Origin: Macrostomum hystrix
Taxonomy: Eukaryota; Animalia; Platyhelminthes
Assembly: GCA_950097015.1 (NCBI GenBank)
Contig: CATNEN010000015.1
Location: 1,116,001 to 1,180,000 of the forward strand
DNA length: 64,000 nt
Reading direction: 5' to 3'
The notes below the pieces were generated by a model, which saw only the letters and a list, made by a program, of their open reading frames with translations, was not told the DNA's origin and did not search any database. Within the stretch, counting starts at the first letter, position 1. Every line of letters starts with the position of its first letter. Position numbers and translations under genes: made by a program. Shown here one piece after another: positions 28,801 to 41,600 of this stretch.

Positions 28801-31800
28801 CAAGGGGAAGCATGGATTGTCAAGGGGAAGCATGGATTGTCAAGGGGAAGCATGGATTGTGAAGGGAAAGCATGGATTGTCAAGGAGAAGCATGGATTGT
28901 CAAGGGGAAGCATGGATTGTCAAGGGGAAGCATGGATTGTCAAGGGGAAGCATGGATTGTCAAGGGGAAGCATGGATTGTCAAGGGGCAGCATTAATTGT
29001 CAAGGGGAAGCATGGATTGTGAAGGGGAAGCATGGATTGTCAAGGGGAAGCATGGATTGTCAAGGGGCAGCATTAATTGTCAAGGGGAAGCATGGATTGT
29101 CAAGGGGAAGCATGGATTGTCAAGGGGAAGCATGGATTGTCAAGGGAAAGCATTAATTGTCGAGGGGAAGCATGGATTGTCAAGGGGAAGCATGGATTGT
29201 CAAGTGGCAGCATTAATTGTCAAGGGGAAGCATGGATTGTCAAGGGAAAGCATGAATTGTCAAGGGGAAGCATGGATTGTCAAGGGGAAGCATGGATTGT
29301 CAAGGGGAAGCATGGATTGTCAAGGGGAAGCATGGATTGTCAAGGGGAAGCATGGATTGTCAAGGGGAAGCATGGATTGTCAAGGGGAAGCATGGATTGT
29401 CAAGGGGCAGCATTAATTGTCAAGGGGAAGCATGGATTGTGAAGGGGAAGCATGGATTGTCAAGGGGAAGCATGGATTGTCAAGGGAAGGCATGGATTGT
29501 CAAGGGGAAGCATGGATTGTCAAGGGGAAGCATGGATTGTCAAGGGGAAGCATGGATTGTCAAGGGGAAGCATTAATTGTCAAGGGGAAGCATGGTTTGT
29601 CAAGGGGAAGCATGGATTGTCAAGGGAAAGCATGAATTGTCAAGGGGAAGCATTAATTGTCAAGGGGAAGCATGGATTGTCAAGGGGAAGCATGGATTGT
29701 CAAGGGGAAGCATGGATTGTCAAGGGAAAGCATTAATTGTCAAGGGGAAGCATGGATTGTCAAGGGGAAGCATGGATCGTCAAGGGGAAGCATGGATTGT
29801 ATAGGGGAAGCATGGATTGTCAAGGGGAAGCATGGATTGTCAAGGGAAAGCATTAATTGTCAAGGGGAAGCATGGATTGACAAGGGGAAGCATGGATTGT
29901 CAAAGGGAAGCATGGATTGTCAAGGGAAAGCATTAATTGTCAAGGGGAAGCAGGGATTGTCAAGGGGCAGCATTAATTGTCAAGGGGAAGCATGGATTGT
30001 CAAGGGAAGCATGGATTGTCAAGGGGCAGCATTAATTGTCAACGGGAAGCATGGATTGTCAAGGGGAAGCATGGATTGTCAAGGGAAAGCATTAATTGTC
30101 AAGGGGAAGCATGGATTGTCAAGGGGAAGCATGGATTGTCAAGGGGAAGCATGGATTGTCAAGGGGAAGCATGAATTGTCAAGGAGAAGCATGAATTGTC
30201 AATGGGAAGCATGGATTGTCGAGGGAAAGCATGGATTCTCAAGGAGAAGCATGGATTGTCAAGGGAAAGCATGGATTCTCAAGGAGAAGCATGGATTGTC
30301 AAGGGCAAGCATGGATTGTCAAGGGGAAGCATGAATTGCCAAGGGGAAGCATGGATTGTCAAGGGGAAGCATGGATTGTCAAGGGGAAGCATGGATTGTC
30401 AAGGGGAAGCATGGATTGTCAAGGGGCAGCATTAATTGTCAAGGGGAAGCATGGATTGTCAAGGGGAAGCATGGATTGTCAAGGGGAAGCATGAATTGTC
30501 AAGGAGAAGCATGAATTGTCAATGGGAAGCATGGATTGTCGAGGGAAAGCATGGATTCTCAAGGAGAAGCATGGATTGTCAAGGGGAAGCATGGATTGTC
30601 AAGGGGAAGCATGAATTGCCAAGGGGAAGCATGGATTGTCAAGGGGAAGCATGGATTGTCAAGAGGAAGCATGGATTGTCAAGGGGAAGCATGGATTGTC
30701 AAGGGGCAGCATTAATTGTCAAGGGGAAGCATGGATTGTCAAGGGGAAGCATGGATTGTCAAGGGGAAGCATGGATTGTCAAGGGGAAGCATGGATTGTC
30801 AAGGGGCAGCATTATTTGTCAAGGGGAAGCATGGATTGTGAAGGGGAAGCATAAATTGACAAGGGGAAGCATGGATTGTCAAGGGAAGGCATGGATTGTC
30901 AAGGGGAAGCATGGATTGTCAAGGGGAAGCATGGATTGTCAAGGGGAAGCATGGATTGTCAAGGGAAAGCATTATTTGTCAAGGGGAAGCATGGATTGTC
31001 AAGGGGAAGCATGGATTGTCAAGGGGAAGCATTAATTGTCAAGGGGAAGCATGGATTGTCAAGGGGAAGCATGGATTGTCAAGGGGAAGCATGGATTGTC
31101 AAGGGAAAGCATTAATTGTCAAGGGGAAGCATGGATTGTCAAGGGGAAGCATGGATTGTCAAGGAGAAGCATGGATTGTCAAGGGGAAGCATGGATTGTC
31201 AAGGGAAAGCATTAATTGTCAAAGGGAAGCATGGATTGTCAAGGGGAAGCATGGATTGTCAAGGGAAAGCATGGATTGTCAAGGGGAAGCATGGATTGTC
31301 AAGGGGAAGCATGGATTGTCAAGGGGAAGCATGGATTGTCAAGGGGAAGCATGGATTGTCAAGGGGAAGCATGGATTGTCAAGGAGAAGCATGGATTGTC
31401 AAGGGGAAGCATGGATTGTCAAGGGGAAGCATGGATTGTCAAGGGGAAGCATGGATTGTCAAGGGGAAGCATGGATTGTCAAGGGGCAGCATTCATTGTC
31501 AAGGGGAAGCATGGATTGTGAAGGGGAAGCATGGATTGTCAAGGGGAAGCATGGATTGTCAAGGGGCAGCATTAATTGTCAAGGGGAAGCATGGATTGTC
31601 AAGAGGAAGCATGGATTGTCAAGGGGAAGCATGGATTGTCAAGGGAAAGCATTAATTGGCGAGGGGAAGCATGGATTGTCAAGGGGAAGCATGGATTGTC
31701 AAGTGGCAGCATTAATTGTCAAGGGGAAGCATGGATTGTCAAGGGAAAGCATGAATTGTCAAGGGGAAGCATGGATTGTCAAGGGGAAGCATGGATTGTC

Positions 31801-34800
31801 AAGGGGAAGCATGGATTGTCAAGGGGAAGCATGGATTGTCAAGGGAAGGCATGGATTGTCAAGGGGAAGCATGGATTGTCAAGGGGAAGCATGGATTGTC
31901 AAGGGGAAGCATGGATTGTCAAGGGAAAGCATTAATTGTCAAGGGGAAGCATGGTTTGTCAAGGGGAAGCATGGATTGTCAAGGGAAAGCATTAATTGTC
32001 AAGGGGAAGCAGGGATTGTCAAGGGGCAGCATTAATTGTCAAGGGGAAGCATGGATTGTCAAGGGAAGCATGGATTGTCAAGGGGCAGCATTAATTGTCA
32101 ACGGGAAGCATGGATTGTCAAGGGGAAGCATGGATTGTCAAGGGAAAGCATTAATTGTCAAGGGGAAGCATGGATTGTCAAGGGGAAGCATGGATTGTCA
32201 AGGGGAAGCATGGATTGTCAAGGGGAAGCATGAATTGTCAAGGAGAAGCATGAATTGTCAATGGGAAGCATGGATTGTCGAGGGAAAGCATGGATTCTCA
32301 AGGAGAAGCATGGATTGTCAAGGGAAAGCATGGATTCTCAAGGAGAAGCATGGATTGTCAAGGGGAAGCATGGATTGTCAAGGGGAAGCATGAATTGCCA
32401 AGGGGAAGCATGGATTGTCAAGGGGAAGCATGGATTGTCAAGGGGAAGCATGGATTGTCAAGGGGAAGCATGGATTGTCAAGGGAAAGCATGGATTGTCA
32501 AGGGGAAGCATGGATTGTCAAGGGGAAGCATGGATTGTCAAGGGGAAGCATGGATTGTCAAGGGGAAGCATGGATTGTCAAGGAGAAGCATGGATTGTCA
32601 AGGGGAAGCATGGATTGTCAAGGGGAAGCATGGATTGTCAAGGGGAAGCATGGATTGTCAAGGGGAAGCATGGATTGTCAAGGGGAAGCATGAATTGCCA
32701 AGGGGAAGCATGGATTGTCAAGGGGAAGCATGGATTGTCAAGGGGAAGCATGGATTGTCAAGGGGAAGCATGGATTGTCAAGGAGAAGCATGGATTGTCA
32801 AGGGGAAGCATGGATTGTCAAGGGAAAGCATTAATTGTCAAAGGGAAGCATGGATTGTCAAGGGGAAGCATGGATTGTCAAGGGGAAGCATGGATTGTCA
32901 AGGGAAGCATGGATTGTCAAGGGGCAGCATTAATTGTCAACGGGAAGCATGGATTGTCAAGGGGAAGCATGGATTGTCAAGGGGAAGCATAGATTGTCAA
33001 GGGGAAGCATGGATTGTCAAGGGGAAGCATGGATTGTCAAGGGGAAGCATGGATTGTCAAGGGGAAGCATGGATTGTCAAGGGAAAGCATAGATTGTCAA
33101 GGGGTAGCATCGATTGTCAAGGGGCAGCATTCATTGTCAAGGGGCAGCATTAATTGTCAAGGGGAAGCATTAATTGTCAAGGGGAAGCATGGATTGTCAA
33201 GGGGAAGCATGGATTGTCAAGGGGAAGCATGGATTGTCAAGGGGAAGCATTAATTGTCAAGGGGAAGCATTAAATGTCAACGGGAAGCATGGATTGTCAA
33301 GGGGAAGCATGGATTGTCAAGGGGAAGCATGGATTGTCAAGGGGAAGCATGAATTGCCAAGGGGAAGCATGGATTGTCAAGGGGAAGCATGGATTGTCAA
33401 GGGGAAGCATGGATTGTCAAGGGGAAGCATGGATTGTATAGGGGAAGCATGGATTGTCAAGGGGAAGCATGGATTGTCAAGGGAAAGCATTAATTGTCAA
33501 GGGGAAGCATGGATTGACAAGGGGAAGCATGGATTGTCAAAGGGAAGCATGGATTGTCAAGGGAAAGCATTAATTGTCAAGGGGAAGCAGGGGTTGTCAA
33601 GGGGCAGCATTAATTGTCAACGGAAAGCATGGATTGTCAAGGGAAGCATGGATTGTCAAGGGGCAGCATTAATTGTCAACGGGAAGCATGGATTGTCAAG
33701 GGGAAGCATGGATTGTCAAGGGGAAGCATGGATTGTCGAGGGGAAGCATGGATTGTCAAGGGAAGGCATGGATTGTCAAGGGGAAGCATGAATTGTCAAG
33801 GGGAAGCATGGATTGTCAAGGGGAAGCATGGATTGTCAAGGGAAAGCATTAATTGTCAAGGGGAAGCATGGTTTGTCAAGGGGAAGCATGGATTGTCAAG
33901 GGAAAGCATTAATTGTCAGGGGGAAGCATGGATTGTCAAGGGGAAGCATGGATTGTCAAGGGGAAGCATGGATTGTCAAGGGGAAGCATTAATTGTCAAG
34001 GGGAAGCATGGATTGTCAAGGGGAAGCATGGATTGTCAAGGGGAAGCATGGATTGTCAAGGGGAAGCATGGATTGTCAAGGGGAAGCATTAATTGTCAAG
34101 GGGAAGCATGGATTGTCAAGGGGAAGCATGGATTGTCAAGGGGAAGCATGGATTGTCAAGGGAAGCATGGATTGTCAAGGGGCAGCATTAATTGTCAACG
34201 GGAAGCATGGATTGTCAAGGGGAAGCATGGATTGTCAAGGGGAAGCATAGATTGTCAAGGGGAAGCATGGATTGTCAAGGGGAAGCATGGATTGTCAAGG
34301 GGAAGCATGGATTGTCAAGGGGAAGCATGGATTGTCAAGGGAAAGCATAGATTGTCAAGGGGTAGCATCGATTGTCAAGGGGCAGCATTCATTGTCAAGG
34401 GGCAGCATTAATTGTCAAGGGGAAGCATTAATTGTCAAGGGGAAGCATGGATTGTCAAGGGGAAGCATGGATTGTCAAGGGGAAGCATGGATTGTCAAGG
34501 GGAAGCATTAATTGTCAAGGGGAAGCATTAAATGTCAACGGGAAGCATGGATTGTCAAGGGGAAGCATGGATTGTCAAGGGGAAGCATGGATTGTCAAGG
34601 GGAAGCATGAATTGCCAAGGGGAAGCATGGATTGTCAAGGGGAAGCATGGATTGTCAAGGGGAAGCATGGATTGTCAAGGGGAAGCATGGATTGTATAGG
34701 GGAAGCATGGATTGTCAAGGGGAAGCATGGATTGTCAAGGGAAAGCATTAATTGTCAAGGGGAAGCATGGATTGACAAGGGGAAGCATGGATTGTCAAAG

Positions 34801-35620
34801 GGAAGCATGGATTGTCAAGGGAAAGCATTAATTGTCAAGGGGAAGCAGGGGTTGTCAAGGGGCAGCATTAATTGTCAACGGAAAGCATGGATTGTCAAGG
34901 GAAGCATGGATTGTCAAGGGGCAGCATTAATTGTCAACGGGAAGCATGGATTGTCAAGGGGAAGCATGGATTGTCAAGGGGAAGCATGGATTGTCGAGGG
35001 GAAGCATGGATTGTCAAGGGAAGGCATGGATTGTCAAGGGGAAGCATGAATTGTCAAGGGGAAGCATGGATTGTCAAGGGGAAGCATGGATTGTCAAGGG
35101 AAAGCATTAATTGTCAAGGGGAAGCATGGTTTGTCAAGGGGAAGCATGGATTGTCAAGGGAAAGCATTAATTGTCAGGGGGAAGCATGGATTGTCAAGGG
35201 GAAGCATGGATTGTCAAGGGGAAGCATGGATTGTCAAGGGGAAGCATTAATTGTCAAGGGGAAGCATGGATTGTCAAGGGGAAGCATGGATTGTCAAGGG
35301 GAAGCATGGATTGTCAAGGGGAAGCATGGATTGTCAAGGGGAAGCATTAATTGTCAAGGGGAAGCATGGATTGTCAAGGGGAAGCATGGATTGTCAAGGG
35401 GTAGCATGGATTGTCAAGGGGCAGCATTAATTGTCAAGGGGCAGCATTAATTGTCAAGGGGAAGCATTAATTGTCAAGGGGAAGCATTAATTGTCAAGGG
35501 GAAGCATGAATTGTCAAGGGGAAGCATGGATTGTCAAGGGGAAGCATGGATTGTCAAGGGGAAGCATTAATTGTCAAGGGCGAGCAAGGATTGTCAAGGG
35601 GAAGCATGGATTGCCAAGGG
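25801..35620 (+). repeat. 20-bp satellite (CAAGGGGAAGCATGGATTGT)n, about 490 units, with kb-scale higher-order repeats
   Basis: Directly visible; recurrent variants CATTAA, CATGAA, GGGGCAG, GGGAAAG; six 19-bp deletion monomers. Confidence 0.98.
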
Positions 35621-35622
35621 AT

Positions 35623-38600
35623 GATAGAATCATCCCAGATCCTCAGATTCAGATAGAATCATCCCAGATCCTCAGATTCAGATAGAATCATTCCAGATCC
35701 TCAGATTCAGATAGAATCATCCCAGATCCTCAGATTCAGATAGAATCATTTCAGATCCTCAGAATCAGATAGAATCATTTCAGATCCTCAGATTCAGATA
35801 GAATCATCCCAGATCCTCAGATTCAGATAGAATCATCCCAGATCCTCAGATTCAGATAGAATCATCCCAGATCCTCAGATTCGGATAGAATCATCCCACA
35901 TCCTCAGAATCAGATAGAATCATCCCAGATCCTCAGATTCAGATAGAATCATCCCAGATCCTCAGATTCAGATAGAATCATCCCAGATCCTGAGATTCAG
36001 ATAGAATCATTTCAGATCCTCATATTCAGATAGAATCATCCCAGATCCTCAGAATCAGATAGAATCATCCCAGATCCTCAGAATCAGATAGAATCATCCC
36101 AGATCCTCTGATTCAGATAGAATCATTCCAGATCCTCAGAATCAGATAGAATCATCCCAGATCCTCAGAATCAGATAGAATCATCCCAGATCCTCATATT
36201 CAGATAGAATCATCCCAGATCCTCAGATTCAGATAGAATCATCCCAGATCCTCAGATTCAGATAGAATCATCCCAGATCCTGAGATTCAGATAGAATCAT
36301 TTCAGATCCTCATATTCAGATAGAATCATCCCACATCCTCAGAATCAGATAGAATAATCCCAGATCCTCAGAATCAGATAGAATCATCCCAGATCCTCAT
36401 ATTCAGATAGAATCATTTCAGATCCTCATATTCAGATAGAATCATCCCAGATCCTCAGATTCAGATAGAATCATCCCAGATCCTCAGATTCAGATAGAAT
36501 CATCCCAGATCCTCAGATTCAGATAGAATCATCCCAGATCCTCAGATTCAGATAGAATCATCCCAGATCCTCAGATTCAGATAGAATCATCCCAGATCCT
36601 GAGATTCAGATAGAATCATTTCAGATCCTCATATTCAGATAGAATCATCCCAGATCCTCAGAATCAGATAGAATCATCCCAGATCCTCAGATTCAGATAG
36701 AATCATCCCAGATCCTCAGATTCAGATAGAATCATCCCAGATCCTCAGAATCAGATAGAATAATCCCAGATCCTCAGAATCAGATAGAATCATCCCAGAT
36801 CCTCATATTCAGATAGAATCATTTCAGATCCTCATATTCAGATAGAATCATCCCAGATCCTCAGATTCAGATAGAATCATCCCAGATCCTCAGAATCAGA
36901 TAGAATCATCCCAGATCCTCAGATTCAGATAGAATCATCCCAGATCCTCAGATTCAGATAGAATCATCCCAGATCCTCAGAATCAGATAGAATAATCCCA
37001 GATCCTCAGAATCAGATAGAATCATCCCAGATCCTCATATTCAGATAGAATCATTTCAGATCCTCATATTCAGATAGAATCATCCCAGATCCTCAGATTC
37101 AGATAGAATCATCCCAGATCCTCAGAATCAGATAGAATCATCCCAGATCCTCTGATTCAGATAGAATCATTCCAGATCCTCAGAATCAGATAGAATCATC
37201 CCAGATCCTCAGAATCAGATAGAATCATCCCAGATCCTCATATTCAGATAGAATCATCCCAGATCCTCAGATTCAGATAGAATCATCCCAGATCCTCAGA
37301 TTCAGATAGAATCATCCCAGATCCTGAGATTCAGATAGAATCATTTCAGATCCTCATATTCAGATAGAATCATCCCACATCCTCAGAATCAGATAGAATA
37401 ATCCCAGATCCTCAGAATCAGATAGAATCATCCCAGATCCTCATATTCAGATAGAATCATTTCAGATCCTCATATTCAGATAGAATCATCCCAGATCCTC
37501 AGATTCAGATAGAATCATCCCAGATCCTCATATTCAGATAGAATCATCCCAGATCCTCAGATTCAGATAGAATCATCCCAGATCCTCAGATTCAGATAGA
37601 ATCATCCCAGATCCTCAGATTCAGATAGAATCATCCCAGATCCTGAGATTCAGATAGAATCATTTCAGATCCTCATATTCAGATAGAATCATCCCAGATC
37701 CTCAGAATCAGATAGAATCATCCCAGATCCTCAGATTCAGATAGAATCATCCCAGATCCTCAGATTCAGATAGAATCATCCCAGATCCTCAGATTCAGAT
37801 ACAATCATTTCAGATCCTCATATTCAGATAGAATAATCCCAGATCCTCAGATTCAGATAGAATCATCCCAGATCCTCATATTCAGATAGAATAATCCCAG
37901 ATCCTCAGATTCAGATAGAATCATCCTAAATCCTCAGATTCAGATAGAATCATCCCAGATCCTCATATTCAGATAGAATCATTTCAGATCCTCATATTCA
38001 GATAGAATCATCCCAGATCCTCAGATTCAGATAGAATCATTTCAGATCCTCATATTCAGATAGAATCATCCCACATCCTCAGAATCAGATAGAATCATCC
38101 CAGATCCTCAGATTCAGATAGAATCATCCCAGATCCTCATATTCAGATAGAATCATCCCAGATCCTCTGATTCAGATAGAATCATTTCAGATCCTCATAT
38201 TCAGATAGAATCATCCCAGATCCTCAGATTCAGATAGAATCATCCCAGATCCTCAGATTCAGATACAATCATTTCAGATCCTCATATTCAGATAGAATAA
38301 TCCCAGATCCTCAGATTCAGATAGAATCATCCCAGATCCTCATATTCAGATAGAATCATCCCCGATCCTCAGATTCAGATAGAATCATCCCAGATCCTCA
38401 TATTCAGATAGAATCATCCCAGATCCTCAGATTCAGATAGAATCATCCCAGATCCTCAGAATCAGATAGAATCATCCCAGATCCTCAGAATCAGATAGAA
38501 TCATCCCAGATCCTCAGATTCAGATAGAATCATCCCAGATCCTCAGATTCGGATAGAATCATCCCGGATCCTCATATTCAGATAGAATCATCCCAGATCC

Positions 38601-41600
38601 TCATATTCAGATAGAATCATCCCAGATCCTCATATTCAGATAGAATCATCCCAGATCCTCATATTCAGATAGAATCATCCCAGATCCTCAGATTCAGATA
38701 GAATCATTCCAGATCCTCAGATTCAGATGGAATCATCCCAGATCCTCAGATTCAGATAGAATCATCCCAGATCCTCAGATTCAGATAAAATCATCCCAGA
38801 TCCTCAGATTCAGATAGAATCATCCCATATCCTCAGATTCAGATAGAATCATCCCAGATCCTGAGATTCAGATAGAATCATTTCAGATCCTCATATTCAG
38901 ATAGAATCATCCCAGATCCTCAGAATCAGATAGAATCATCCCAGATCCTCAGATTCAGATAGAATCATCACAGATCCTCAGATTCAGATAGAATCATCCC
39001 AGATCCTCAGATTCAGATAGAATCATCCCAGATCCTCATATTCAGATAGAATCATCCCAGATCCTCAGATTCAGATAGAATCATCCCAGATCCTCAGATT
39101 CAGATAGAATCATCCCAGATCCTCAGATTCAGATAGAATCATCCCAGATCCTGAGATTCAGATAGAATCATTTCAGATCCTCATATTCAGATAGAATCAT
39201 CCCAGATCCTCAGATTCAGATAGAATCATCCCAGATCCTCAGATTCAGATAGAATCATCCCAGATCCTCAGATTCAGATAGAATCATCCCAGATCCTGAG
39301 ATTCAGATAGAATCATTTCAGATCCTCATATTCAGATAGAATCATCCCAGATCCTCAGAATCAGATAGAATCATCCCAGATTCTCATATTCAGATACAAT
39401 CATTTCAGATCCTCATATTCAGATAGAATAATCCCAGATCCTCAGATTCAGATAGAATCATCCCAGATCCTCATATTCAGATATAATCATCCCAGATCCT
39501 CAGATTCAGATAGAATCATCCCAGATCCTCAGATTCAGATAGAATCATCCCAGATCCTCAGATTCAGATAGAATCATCCCAGATCCTGAGATTCAGATAG
39601 AATCATTTCAGATCCTCATATTCAGATAGAATCATCCCACATCCTCAGAATCAGATAGAATAATCCCAGATCCTCAGAATCAGATAGAATCATCCCAGAT
39701 CCTCATATTCAGATAGAATCATCCCAGATCCTCAGATTCAGATAGAATCATCCCAGATCCTCATATTCAGATAGAATCATCCCAGATCCTCAGATTCAGA
39801 TAGAATCATTCCAGATCCTCAGAATCAGATGGAATCATCCCAGATCCTCAGAATCAGATAGAATCATCCCAGATCCTCAGATTCAGCTAGAATCATCCCA
39901 GATCCTCAGATTCGGATAGAATCATCCCGGATCCTCATATTCAGATAGAATCATCCCAGATCCTCATATTCAGATAGAATCATCCCAGATCCTCATATTC
40001 AGATAGAATCATCCCAGATCCTCAGATTCAGATAGAATCATCCCAGATCCTCAGATTCAGATAGAATCATTCCAGATCCTCAGATTCAGATAGAATCATC
40101 CCAGATCCTCAGATTCAGATAGAATCATCCCAGATCCTCAGATTCAGATAAAATCATCCCAGATCCTCAGATTCAGATAGAATCATCCCAGATCCTCAGA
40201 TTCAGATAGAATCATCCCAGATCCTCATATTCAGATAGAATCATCCCAGATCCTCAGATTCAGATAGAATCATCCCAGATCCTCAGATTCGGATAGAATC
40301 ATCCCGGATCCTCATATTCAGATAGAATCATCCCAGATCCTCATATTCAGATAGAATCATCCCAGATCCTCAGATTCAGATAGAATCATCCCAGATCCTC
40401 AGATTCAGATAAAATCATTTCAGATCCTCATTTTCAGATAGAATCATCCCAGATCCTCAGATTCAGATAAAATCATCCCAGATCCTCAGATTCAGATAGA
40501 ATCATTTCAGATCCTCATATTCAGATAGAATCATCCCAGATCCTCAGATTCAGATAGAATCATCCCAGATCCTCAGATTCAGATAGAATCATCCCAGATC
40601 CTCAGATTCAGATAGAATCATCCCAGATCCTCAGATTCGGATAGAATCATCCGAAATCCTCAGATTCAGATAGAATCATCCCAGATCCTCAGATTCAGAT
40701 AGAATCATCCCAGATCCTCAGATTCAGATAGAATCATCCCAGATTCTCAGATTCAGATAGAATCATTTCAGATCCTCAGAATCAGATAGAATCATCCCAG
40801 ATCCTCAGATTCAGATAGAATCATCCCAGATCCTCATATTCAGATAGAATCATCCCAGATCCTCAGATTCAGATAGAATCATCCCAGATCCTCATATTCA
40901 GATAGAATCATCCCAGATCCTCAGATTCAGATAGAATCATCCCAGATCCTCAGATTCAGATAGAATCATCCCAGATCCTCAGATTCAGATAAAATCATTT
41001 CAGATCCTCATTTTCAGATAGAATCATCCCAGATCCTCAGATTCAGATAAAATCATCCCAGATCCTCAGATTCAGATAGAATCATTTCAGATCCTCATAT
41101 TCAGATAGAATCATCCCAGATCCTCAGATTCAGATAGAATCATCCCAGATCCTCAGATTCAGATAGAATCATCCCAGATCCTCAGAATCAGATAGAATCA
41201 TCCCAGATCCTCAGATTCAGATAGAATCATCCCAGATCCTCATATTCAGATAGAATCATCCTAAATCCTCAGATTCAGATAGAATCATCCCAGATCCTCA
41301 TATTCAGATAGAATCATTTCAGATCCTCATATTCAGATAGAATCATCCCAGATCCTCAGATTCAGATAGAATCATTTCAGATCCTCATATTCAGATAGAA
41401 TCATCCCACATCCTCAGAATCAGATAGAATCATCCCAGATCCTCAGATTCAGATAGAATCATCCCAGATCCTCATATTCAGATAGAATCATCCCAGATCC
41501 TCTGATTCAGATAGAATCATTTCAGATCCTCATATTCAGATAGAATCATCCCAGATCCTCAGATTCAGATAGAATCATCCCAGATCCTCAGATTCAGATA

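Noticed and set aside
25817-35685. Dozens of ORFs encoding (SRGSMDCQGEAWIVKGKHGL)n, up to 379 aa
   Set aside because: The 20-bp consensus has no stop on the + strand, so three monomers give a 20-aa pseudo-repeat in all frames; ORF ends track TAA/TGA monomer variants. There is no coding evidence.
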